Assembly (NCBI GenBank): GCA_000934665.2
Contig: JYFJ02001408.1
Location: forward strand, 1 to 64,000
Source of the DNA: Catajapyx aquilonaris
Taxonomy: Eukaryota
DNA: 64,000 nt
Direction: 5' to 3'
Below the pieces are notes generated by a model that was not told the DNA's origin, searched no databases, and saw only the letters and a program-made list of their open reading frames with translations. How positions within the stretch are numbered: the stretch's first letter is position 1; each line of letters starts with the position of its first letter. This document shows positions 42,506 through 54,867 of the stretch, in pieces. The translations under genes and the position numbers were made by a program.

Positions 42506-42627
42506 TGGGTCGCATTTTCGTCCCACTGTATAGTTACTACTAACTTAGCAGTAGTCTACCATTGCCAACACACTGGTACTGCTAAGTTAGCAGTTACTAT
42601 ATAGCAGTGGGACGAAAATTCCACCCA
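42506..42627. repeat. Intronic inverted repeat / MITE-like hairpin
   Basis: 42506-42553 (tgggtcgcattttcgtcccactgtatagttactactaacttagcagta) pairs with 42577-42627 (tactgctaagttagcagttactatatagcagtgggacgaaaattccaccca) around a 23-nt loop. Confidence 0.85.
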
Positions 42628-43496
42628 TTGTTATTTGCTCAATGACTAACTCTCTATAATTTTCAGCGAAGAACAATAGCTAAGAAAAATTTCAAGTGAG
42701 ACTGAGTGTTTATATGTAAAGTTACGTCTCACAGTTTGCTGTTTTGTGCAGCAGTCGTCAATACGATAGGTTTACTGTGATTGATAATAATAATTTATGC
42801 GGGAATTTCAGACACTATACCATGTTTATAACGTATGACGTCGTTAAATCTCACTCCCAGGAACAACTATATGTAAAAAACGGCGGTTTATAGTTATTGG
42901 TGACTCAAGTTTCATTACAGTATATATCAAAATAATAATTATTAATCGGGCTGTAAAACCATTATTATTCATGCATTATTTTTCTTACTATTATTTAATT
43001 TAGTTGCACGTTGAAAATTTGCCCTACCAATACGTTAAGAATAGACAGTATATTCAAAAATGCTGTTGTATTAAATTGCATATTTGAAGAGAAACCTTCC
43101 TTTTTGATATGTTAATTTAAAATACATGTTTAGGCCTGTAGATGATCTTCCAGGATTGTATATATACGTAGTAGGCTACAATTTGAATACCTGAAATGCG
43201 GAACGATGATTGTTACCATTTGGTCCAAATTGTGTTAAACATTGCATAATAGGAATATTTTTGTCCGCTTTCTGACGGTTACGTCATTCTTATGATTGGG
43301 CAATTACAGCCGCAGCCAATAAAAATGTTTTAAAAATGCACCCCCCACATGACATAATGCGATATTCAATTTTCCCCCATCACATATTCACACCCTCATA
43401 TACCGATATATCATTCATATTAGGCTCTGATCGTTCTGCATTTCAGGTCTTCATTTGAATCTGTATAATGATGGGCTTATACCATAATACATCTGC

Positions 43497-43578
<82 letters not shown>
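43497..43578. repeat. (TAA)n microsatellite with one interruption
   Basis: About 82 bp of TAA repeats with a single extra T near 43538. Confidence 0.97.
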
Positions 43579-43579
<1 letters not shown>

Positions 43580-45901
43580 CCCTGTATTATTGCGATGCTT
43601 GTAATATTGCTGAAATTATTGCGCTGCTTTTTCTATGCAGATCATATTGCCAAATTATGGATAATTTTTTAAACCTTGCGGTGAAAATACATATTGCATC
43701 ATGATTGTATTACAAAAGAAACAGCCAATGAGAATAAGCGCTTGTCACTAGTAGTATACACCAACTTCTTACAAATATACGTCAACACACCTCTGAATAC
43801 CCAGGAAATGAAATAATCATAACGCAATCTTATAAGGTCGGCTGCATGAAAGCCAATGAGGGAAAATCACCGATTATTATATGTAAAGGTTTGCATAATA
43901 ATCGTAAATTAATTAGTATCGTTACAACCACATCCTTCATCATTACATTGCCTGTACTCCTTCCTGCAACATCAGAAGTATAACATCAATAACATATAAT
44001 ACACGATTGAATTGTAAACCTAACCACGAAAGGAAATCACTTCCACCCACAAGATTTTACGGGCCAACTTTTGTGCGCCGCCGACGAGCCTACACAAGAC
44101 TCCTGCTCAGCTAACTGGAGGTGGTCATGCGACAAATTATTTCCAAATTGGCTCATTCCGCATGGAACGACCCAAAAATAAACACCGCCAAGAAAAGTTT
44201 TTTTTATTTAAACAGCAGCAGCCACCCGTCTTTGCTCGCAAAAAAAAACAACCCTTCCTAGCTTCTGATGTGCTTTTGCAAAGGATAAGCGGTTCATTCA
44301 GAAGCGTCCAAACACACTCATCCTTGAAATTAGATATGACAAGGACGTGCATGGACCCAGAAAACAAGGACCGGCCTCAAAATGCTCTTCACATCCGCAG
44401 CTATACAAACTTCTCCCATCTAATCAACATTACCAACATTTTTACCCCTGCGAATCACTCCACTTTCTAGAAACACCCCCTTTTTGGATTTAATAGGCAG
44501 TTAGGGAACGCAGATTAAATTTATCAACCCCCCCCCCCCCCTTCTTTTCAAGATGGTGTTTTTGGTGAGGGGGTTGGGGGCTTTCCAATTTACTTTTCAG
44601 CACTTTCATCCTCGCACTTTCCACTATACTGCTCCGCCTTACCGAAAAAGAAACGTCCCCATTTTCACCCCCCCACCAACCAACCTTCTCTTCCTCGCGA
44701 CTTCTCCCTTACACTTCCTGGCCAAAAACCTTATTTCTTTCGCCAACTCATTCCCCTCCTAACAGCCCCCTGATAAGGAGGGGGTAAAGAGAAGCCCCCT
44801 TGAAAAAGAGAAGAGGAGGAATTTGGTACCCCCTGCTGGAAAAACATTTTCGCAATTTAATGAAGGAGAGAAAACAGCGAAGAAGTGGGGAGGCAGGGGG
44901 AGGGGGTTGTAAAATAAGCCTGCTTTCATTAGAGTTAATTAACAGGAGCTTGAAATTACCGAGTTTTGAAGAGAGCGAGACTATACTTGAACCAAGCGTT
45001 TTCTTTCTCACCCTCAGAATGCCAAAAAAAGGGGGGGGGGGGCTTCTCCGCCATGTTTCCGACTCAACTAACTCGATTTTCGGTCAATTTGTTCCCCCCA
45101 AAAGAAGCTACCGAGCAGTGAAGATGGGATAAATGATGATATAGGGTAATTTCGAATTCCTCTCATTCCTCTTTTAATCGATTCCGAAGAGAGGGTGTGT
45201 GGGGGGGGTGTTTTTCGTGGTAACCCCCCCTCTCCCAAACACCAAACTCTCGGTACAAATCACGTTTAATTGTGGGTCGAATCGAGACGCAATCCCAATA
45301 AATCGGGCCGTAAATCTCGGTGTTTCCGCGCGATTGAAGCCACATAATAAGGGCAAGTACGTCGAGTGTCGGCCGGATTGAATACGATTAATCTTGCCAG
45401 CTACGGGGGAACAGGGGCGCGAAATGGGCCCTCGTAAAACCATCCACACCCCCCCCCCCCCCCTTTCCCTCTGATGGCTGCGGGTCAAGTCGATCGGAAG
45501 TAATGGTGTGACTTTGGGAGTTTGTCCCGGATTTTTGTTCCACCCAACCCTCCAATCTTTCACACTTTGTCTCCGTCGCCAGACAAGGGGCTGGAGAAGA
45601 AAGGCGTCGATCAGGCGGAAAACTCTATAGGCTTTCGGTGCTGTAGATACTATATGGTGTGGTGTCAAATGGGCGCCATCATTGGATGGAAGGTGTAAAC
45701 AAAATGGCAGCCAGCGAACCTCATTTTCTGGGAATTACCGCGTGGTTTAACCTGTTGTTCGCGAATCACAAATGGCATTCAATATCCAAGCTCAAGCCCT
45801 GCATATTATATACACAGTGGACATCAGGTTATGGTGGGGCTTGCCTTTCTGCCATGACCCCCAAGAGCTATGCTGGCAGTCGGACAGATCTTCAGTCTTA
45901 T

Positions 45902-45991
45902 TTCCTCTCTTCATTTCTGTCTCCATTTGCATCTGATTATATGATAGCCATATAGTTTCTTTGGCTTCTTCTTAATAAACCTAAACCTAAA
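45902..45991 (+). mobile_element. Dispersed repeat copy 1, probable LINE/SINE 3' tail
   Basis: Shares ...gatagcca(ta)tagtt(tc/ga)tttggcttcttct(t/c)aataaacc with 52930-53013. It ends in AATAAA followed by the short tandem tail cctaaacctaaa. Confidence 0.55.
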
Positions 45992-48900
45992 ATAAACTGC
46001 TTGCACATTTGCAACCCGGCTTTATTTAGCACTGTCGCATATTTTACCTCGCCACGTAACCACCGGTCTTGTTCAGGTGAATAATAGGTGCATCCATTAC
46101 ACCTTTTTCCCACCAAGGATCATTTCTACTGGCATCCCTTAGTGAAAAAATGCGGGAGTCGGTGGGGTGGCCGGCCATTGCATGCTAACCTAAAGACAGC
46201 TACTGTGCTACGTGCCTTCATTACCATCTGAAGGCAGGAAGTTTGACACTGCTATTAACACCCGCTTCAAAAAGACGCCGCTTCTGTTGACTCTCGCCGC
46301 TATTTCGAGGAAAAAAAGAACTGTATACAATAGAGCTGTGTTATTTTATAAAAAGAGGGCAACAGTGCGAGTGTGTTTGCATTGTTGCATACCCAGAGTG
46401 TCGCAAGCTGTGAATAAGTTTTTGCGGTGTTGCCTCCCAGAGAGACTGGGGATTTTGCATCGAAACTATTACACGGGTCCCCGGCGTTTTCACGGGCCAT
46501 TTCCGGAGGCCTGAGCCTTCATAGTTCCTTGGCGCTCGTATATAGTCTTTATAGGCTCGTTGCATAAATCTCGGCGGGTAAGGAATGTCAAGCAGGGCAA
46601 GTGGCTTATAGACTTTTATAGCCCCGGGGCGTCCTCGATCGTCCTCGTTGCTGCAAAGTGTTCCGGGGGGGGCCCCCCCGGACCATCAGTCCATGTAACG
46701 AGCCAGATTTTCCGGAGCAGGGGAAGAGAAGAGTAGGAGAGTGGGGGAAGGGGGGGGGGAGCAATCCACTCCGGAATGTTCCCCCCTCCCCCTTTACCCC
46801 GGACACACTCCGGGGACCCAAATTAGTTTTCATCACGGGAACATATGTTAGCCTTGTCAGCTAGGCAACCACGCGGAATTGAACACCCCCGCCAATATGC
46901 ATGAATATATCAGTACGGCCCATTACTCGATGGAGAGAGGTTCAACCCCCCCGAACCCTCTGGTAGCAACTCACCCGCTCAGATTGCTGTTTGCTTTGGA
47001 ACCCGTACAAATATAGATACACATTTGTATGTTGCGACACATTAGACGAAATTCATGAGCCAGCACTTGCCGGATCGTAAATAATTCAGGAGGGGGGAAA
47101 AAGGGGGCAAAGTGAGACAGAAGCTCCTATACTTGCAGGATGTGTCCACGTATGACTTTCAGTGTGAAAGCCGGCACATATGTTGCAATTAACTGGGACA
47201 GAACCTAGTGGACAGTTGTACGAGTCCCTGGCGAGCTGTATCCAGATCAACACCAGCCAATATGGGTTGGTTTATGAGAGAAGGAGGTTTGAGTCTGAAG
47301 AGCTGAGTGACATTGGATGGGTCTAATGTTCCCACCGAGACTAATGGTGCAGCATAGTCCCCTCCTATCCAGCAGGCCCAATGTGGGTGCTGACAACATG
47401 CAAGCACACATCTGGCCTACACTCCAGCATGTAAAAATCCTCTTCATCCTTTCTAACTCTCACTGTGTGATGTGTGTGTATTTTACAGGCCCATCGAAAG
47501 AATAAATATTTGCCCAGGCCAAATGTTGTTCCAGTCGAATCAAGGGGGAGAGTCCTCAAATTTTCAGATTTATTTTGCGCTATGGCGGTGTTAATCGTTC
47601 TCGCAAATGGTTGCGTCAAGAAGCAACTTGTGTGCGCCTTGTTTGTGCAAGAAGCGGCCATTTTACCAAAGCAAATAGAGGCACGGAGCTATGTGGGCAG
47701 CAGGAAGAGCCTATTTAAATGCTCTCTCACCTCGTGATAATAGGTTAAATTGGCGCCTACGCCCAACCGGCATATAAGGTCGTGTCAGAATCGAATGGAG
47801 GAAAAAAAATAGAGATGGCCACTTTGCAATCGGCGTCCCACAAAAAGAGGATCAAGAACCGATATGGTTCATGGCACATTTTAACGCCTTTTTCTTCCTA
47901 CGTGACCCAATCGGGAATTGAGAACCACCCGAGAACGAATTGACAAAATTGTGGGAAAAACCTCGCCTCGCCTTGCTGTGTTTGACGTGGAAAGTACACC
48001 CAGCACAAACCCACTCGTATATATTTTTGCCCAAGTTGTCACACTGCAAAAAAGAGTCATTGCCATCTAGAGTTTATTATGGAAACTAGCAGTCATTAAA
48101 AAATTCTTTCACAATCCGGTTCAAATTGCTCCCTCAAAAATTCCGAAAATTCCGCAATTTGCATAATAAAAGATTCTCTCCAATTAGAAGCACCATCCTA
48201 ACTAGTCTCACCAATTAATTCGAGTACACTGCCCTTTTCCAGCCCTTAAGAAAATCTTGGGGGCAAACCTTTACATCTCCACCCTCTCTATCCAATGGGG
48301 AAAAAATCATCTCAAATTGACACGTCATGCAGGTGTAAAGAAAAAAAAGGTTCAGACCAAAAAGGGGAAAAAAAACCCAAAAAATACCCGCAGAGTTTTT
48401 TGGGACCTTCCAGAATATGTGTAAAAAATGTTTTTTTGGAGACCACCCCACGCAAGATCAGGACAGGCGTTAAGGGCCTTCTAAAATATAGCCTCGGGAA
48501 TGAACTATACATTAAAATGAGAGAGGAATCTAGCTTACTATTTATGGACCAGGGCGAATCTAACCGATAAAAGCCTGGCATGTATTCTCATAATACGATG
48601 CCCTGCAAAACCCGAGCAGTCAATTAGAGATAGACTCCTGAATTATTAGGTATTATAATGTGACAAGATTATCATCGGCGTTACCTTCTCCCCGTATATA
48701 TTGTAAGCTGGTTTTTGCTCGGGCGCGAGAGGGGTAATTTACGAGGCTAAAATAATCTGTGCGCAGGTATGAAGTCATTAGTAGGACGATGATTGAGCTA
48801 AACTTTTTTTAAAGGGGAGGACCAAAAATGGGAGTCGCGTGTTGTGGGTTTGACATCCGGGGGCATATATAGATTCAATATCAATATCAATTACGGAGAA

Positions 48901-51900
48901 ACTGTCGTGCTGATATTGGTTCCAAACAGAACTTTCTACAAACTGATGTAGACCACTCCCAAAATCGAAAATTGGATGTCAAATTATCCGTGCGGTTAAC
49001 CCAAAGGCACGATTTTCATCTAAGGGATATATACATATAAAAAAATATTCAAAACTTCCCGCGCCACAGAAGTAATAAGTATCGGTTCGGGGGTTACCTT
49101 TTTATTGCATTACGACATGATGTGATTCGTGTCGAATGGCCCTCCCAGGGTCCAGGTAACAATGCAGAGTGTAGGAAAATGTTGACCCCCGCGTTCCTTG
49201 TGCGATGGCGGCCGTATATATAGTCGAGAGGAAATGACGCCGCGGACTAAATGGGCTTTGACACCACCAATATTTCAAATACGTCACACCTCCAGCTGAG
49301 TAGCGCCAAATGCGCCTTTGTACGCCTTCGGGCCCGCTTGACAACCCGTTTCATCAAAACAATAAGCTTCGCCGCCAAATGGAATAACGACATTTCCGTT
49401 GCCATTTATAAAAGCTCTCGGGCCCGCGACCACGGCAGCTCGGTACCCAAATTAAATTATCCTAATTTTCATACCAGGTGTTAATGCTCCGGACATCTTT
49501 CTCCTAATAGGCCTATTCTCTCCGTTGGATGTTTGTCCGACCTGATAGTATCGCTATCTCTCCACTACCTGAGAGTGGCAGGAGTGTGCAGAGGAAGTAT
49601 GCGCCATCTATGCGTGAAAAATAGTACCGCGTGGTAAATCGGCGAGAAATCTTTGCCACTGTCATACTGATTGTGTAGGTTTTGCCAAATTTTGGCAACG
49701 GGTTCAGAATATTTCTGCCAAATCAAATTGGCATTACATCAGTAAAAATATTGACTGGATATACCGAAAAAATCTGGCCAATCTAGCAATATGACGCGTG
49801 CATTTATGTAATACAAACATCCTGTACATTCCAGAAAAATGTGACGGTACATGCCCCTCGTTATAAAGCAAGATGTGCAATTAACTCTTGTTCCTGTACT
49901 TTGTGTGAATGCGCGTAACGTCCCAACCCTGTAATCTTATTCAACATTCATTATTTTTTTTGAGATTGCCGTGGCATAATATTCCACCCGAGTTAATCTA
50001 GTCGTACAAAAAGCCATTGTTTACCGCGAGCCCAATTATTCACGATAACAAGGAGGTTGCGGGTCACTCCAGCCAGCCCTTCATGTACTTAGCCGGGGTT
50101 CCTTTCCCTTTGAGCCGATGACACGATCGAGATAGTGAATCACCGGCCAAGCTCTGAGTCTGCATGCGAGAGAACTTGGGATCACGAACGGGAAGAAAAG
50201 CCTTTTCCACAAACCATACCGAGGAATATAAGGGGGCCCAACTGATATGCCCTTTCACCTCAACCTGGCACACAAAAAGTATCCAGTATTTACACTGTCA
50301 AGCAGCCGTCACCTTCGAATCTAATACATATCAAAAGTGTTGGATACGATCGGCTTTTATTGTACTCCTCTCAAAGCCGCCCTATTCACACTTGACTCCC
50401 TTTCACATGATATCAAAATCATGCTTAGAACCGCCCATATATTTTTTTGTGTGTACGCCCATAAATTTTTAACATGCACCCGATATCCTACCGTATCGAT
50501 TGATCACTATCGATATTTCGATAACAATCCAGCACGTTTTTTCCTTCTAAATCCCGAACCAATAATTCATTCCGATTCTATAGTAGCAAAACCTGAAGTG
50601 AGTCTTTCAATCTGGTTAGTGGCGGCTACCAGCAGACAACACACGAGTGTTGGGTTGGGATAAAACGGCCGTGCGTGTTGCCAATGCATATCACTAAAGG
50701 TGGGCGGGAGATTTTTTGGGAGAGAGAGAAAGAGAGAGAAGGGGAAAAAGAGTGGGGGAGAAATCATAACTCCTAATCTCTTTCACTCGTGGTGGTTCCT
50801 ATTTTTTTTACATACATATACACGAGGGGTGTTCAACACAGAGAAAACGTTGCTCCATTTTTTTATATATTCAAAACCACCCCCACCAGTATATACTTAC
50901 TAATTGTTGTGGGAGCGAGAACAAAGAGAGCCGACTGCTTAACGGCCGTAGAGATATTAACCTGACCATTGGGCGGAAAATATACGGGCCTATATCTCCA
51001 TGTTAAGTATGATTTGTGTGTGCAGATATGCTCAATAATAAAGTCGAAATTATTGGCGCACCTGCTGATTTCTTTTTTTATTATTCTTCTTCTCTCAGGT
51101 GTACTTCCGGTAGTAAATAATGCGACCTTGTCTGCACTACGTTTTAACGCTTGTTTTGAACGTTATTTTAAGCCTGATATCAGAATATGTGCTGCGATTG
51201 TGTGCGCTAGGGCAAGATGTAAAGTTATCCGAATTCTTGCGTAATGTTACAACTGTTTACATGCCTGTTACTAATTTATGCCGTGTCAGCAACATGACGC
51301 CATCGTCTAAACTCTGAAAATAAAGCAAAACAATGATATTTGCTACCGAGTGTGACTAAAATTGTGATATCAACGTAATGTACATGAATTCACCAAAATT
51401 TTCATGGGAATTTCCTCTGTCCAAACAGCACCACGATAAGTTATTTAAACAAGGTAATAAGTAGCTTACTAATAAAAGCAGTTTCTGAGCATATAATAAT
51501 ATTCGAATCTTTTTCCTATGTTGTCCAACAGGAAAGGCGACAATGGCGGCAAAATCCTTTGAACTATGAGAGAATTTTTTTTTCTCACCCCGTCTCTCTC
51601 ACAGCTCCAACTTATGGTACCTGGAAGGTCAAATTATTATACAGTCCATAATTACCTGGCGTGACCAACCACCTTCCCATCACCTACATCTGCCTATTCA
51701 AGCCCGGAATATGTATATTGCGGCGATAATAATTATTAAAAAACAGGGTGCGCTGTTTCTCGACCACACCATCATATATACGGGAGTCTTCTGAAAACTG
51801 TTATTTTTTTATCCTTCGTATATTTTTCCCGCCGGAGCCCCCCAAAAATTTTCTAGTGTATGTACACATGAGGATAGGGAGGGGATTAAAGCCTGTAATT

Positions 51901-52929
51901 AGTAGCCTAATCGCTCCTCTTCTGGGCGTGAGCTTTATGTCGGACAGGCGGGAAACGGAAAACCGGTCTAAGTGGGAGGAGAAGACCCTGTCGTCATTGT
52001 TAATCCCCAATGAATTGAGACGTAAAGAGGCGGAGGTGCACTGTGTATATGTGTGCATGAATGTATGTAAAAAAAACAAGTTCACAGTGAAGACTTATTC
52101 GTCAATCCTCCCCTCTTCCCAACCTTGGGGTCTGTTCCGTATATATATAAAAAATAGAGATTTGGGCATTAAAACCATTTCAGAGGAATTGGACACGGTT
52201 CATGCTTGACCGGATTACGCCAAAGGTGTATACGAATACGAAATAAGGAGGGGGTGATGTGAATATAATCCTAAACGAGCAAGGGCTCAATCTGATGTGT
52301 ATGCAAAAGAACTGATGGCGATAGTGTAATCACTCGGTATGGGTTTATCTGGGCTCAGTTGGCACCCAATCATTCATGGGTTAGCAACAGTTAGGGATCG
52401 CAGGGAGTGAAGAAAATTGGGGAACGAAGGAAAAAAATAGCGTGCTGTCTGTTCGCTTTTTGAAGGGCTTGATGATTGAAGACGTAAGTGTAAGGTAATA
52501 ATATCAGGGGGGTAAGGTATAATGTTAAGTTCATTAGCGGAGTTTCAGAAACAAACTTTCGAGGGAATTATGTAAACATGCAAGGAGGTGATGAACGCGG
52601 GGCTATGAAATATATGCAGACGATTAAAGCTGAAGCGATTTGAAGAATTCAAAATGGATTGTTACTTATAAATTATAGTGTAAATATGCATGTATTAAAT
52701 TAAGTCATTATATTGTCCTGTAAGATCAAATTATTAGGCATACAACCACTTTAAATACTGAACTTACACTTTGCAGATTGCAGGAACTAAACACATTTCC
52801 TGACATCAATATTCCGTACTGATATTTTTATGACCCTCAAATAATTTTTAGTTGACGTTGTGTATGAGTATGTGGTTTTGCAAGCAAAAAAATGAAGTGT
52901 TTTTCTGTTTGTTAGCCAGTTGTGCTTCG

Positions 52930-53013
52930 TTTCTCTCTCCATCTGTCCCACCTTTGAATCTTCTATAGCCAGATAGCCATAGTTGATTTGGCTTCTTCTC
53001 AATAAACCAAACC
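52930..53013 (+). mobile_element. Dispersed repeat copy 2, probable LINE/SINE 3' tail
   Basis: gatagccatagttgatttggcttcttctcaataaaccaaacc is similar to 45902-45991, and the similarity stops at the AAACC tail. Confidence 0.55.
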
Positions 53014-54065
53014 CTCCGTTAGCAATAACAAAACACTTCCCTCCATTTCACTCCAGCAATGTAGGCTAAATGAAATAATTATTGTCCACTGTCTCTCTAT
53101 CACCGCATGCATTTCCTTATTGCGATGGTTTAAAAAATGAGCATCAGGAACAAAGCTGACATTGGACATTTAATTTTTTGGATAAAAGAAACAGGGGTTC
53201 TTTAAAATTGTTAATGTATTTACCGGAAATAGGCTGACTTCCTTATTGTATGTAAATGCAGCCACACGTTATGTCTCAATTATACCTCTGCCATTTTTAT
53301 TTTTTAATTCATTATCAGAATTACGCATATTAAGATTAATAAACAGGTTTCCGCCACATTTGACCTAATACCTAATATTCAATCTCCCCCTATTTACCGA
53401 ACCCTCGTAATAACAATAATAATCACCCCAGCAGCACATTATCCGATTCCGCCTTCAGACCAACTAGGGCCAGCAAATAACTCCCTGGTAACCAATCGAA
53501 GTCCCTCACCTACCCCAAACCCCAATATCCCCTGACCCCAACTCGATCCGGTTACTTAACCGTTTTCCTCATTACTTCCCATAGCAGACTTCTCCGTCCC
53601 CTCCTAAAGCCAAAGCAGCAGCCTCCATAATAGGACCAGGGGAACTCGGTTTGGTTTCCAAAACGAATCTCCCCCCCACCCTCATCAAGTGGTCCTCCCC
53701 TCTTCCTCTCTCCTAATGGAACGTCGCTAGTCCTGCTTTATCTGCGTTACAAACTGCAGACCATTTTTCAGGACTGGGTGCTAAGCTAGTAGGGTGCTGC
53801 TGGCTTCCCCCCTCAAAAAAACGTGCAGCCACCCAGAGAAGCGGCCAGTTTTGTGGAAACTGGAGGGGTCTGTTTTTATAGGCTCTTGACGATCGTTGTG
53901 GGCCGTGCCTTTCGGTATGTTTTCTCCGCCTCTGGGGTTTGTGATGCGGACTTAATGTCCCCCTTCAGCTCGGAACAAAAAGGAAGGAAGGCTGCTGGAA
54001 GCTCAGATTGAAGCTGACAACATAGGACAAAGCGTCGCGATCTTATAAGCTAAATTAGCTGTTCA

Positions 54066-54867
54066 GAATAAATTGCGGGGCCTTTTAGTTGGACGCACTA
54101 AATACAGAGCGATATTCACTAATCCTGGAGGTAATTACTGTTGTCAATTCGTATTAGCAAAATCTATGTCACGTGAAGAGTCCAGCCCATCTGTAGTGTT
54201 GGTGTGTCGGCAGGGTTTTTTTTTCTTTCTTTTCTAATAAACCGTCCACATTTCCCGCGAATTACATCACGTAGCGGCCATTTAGCAAGTCGGCAAGCGC
54301 ACGCTACCGAATCGGCCATTTCAGGATTTCGTGACATTACGCATTGCGAAGGGGGATTAAAGGATGTGAAGCCTGCTCGCGCCTACTAATCATCGGCCGC
54401 AAAATGCAGCTTATTGAGCCCTTCGCCAACTCAACAAGCCTGCTTTACTCACCCCCCCTGTTCCCNGAATAAATTGCGGGGCCTTTTAGTTGGACGCACT
54501 AAATGCAGAGCGATATTCACTAATCCTGGAGGTAATTACTGTTGTCAATCCGTATTAGCAAAATCTATGTCACGTGAAGAGTCCAGCCCATCTGTAGTGT
54601 TGGTGTGTCGGCAGGGTTTTTTTTTTCTTTCTTTTCTAATAAACCGTCCACATTTCCCGCGAATTACATCACGTAGCGGCCATTTAGCAAGTCGGCAAGC
54701 GCACGCTACCGAATCGGCCATTTCAGGATTTCGTGACATTACGCATTGCGAAGGGGGATTAAAGGATGTGAAGCCTGCTCGCGCCTACTAATCATCGGCC
54801 GCAAAATGCAGCTTATTGAGCCCTTCGCCAACTCAACAAGCCTGCTTTACTCACCCCCCCTGTTCCC
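54066..54867. repeat. 400-bp tandem duplication separated by a single N (likely assembly overlap artefact)
   Basis: 54066-54465 and 54467-54867 match except for two substitutions (aatAcag/aatGcag, caatTcg/caatCcg) and a 1-nt difference in a T-run. The N lies at 54466, exactly at the junction. Confidence 0.95.
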
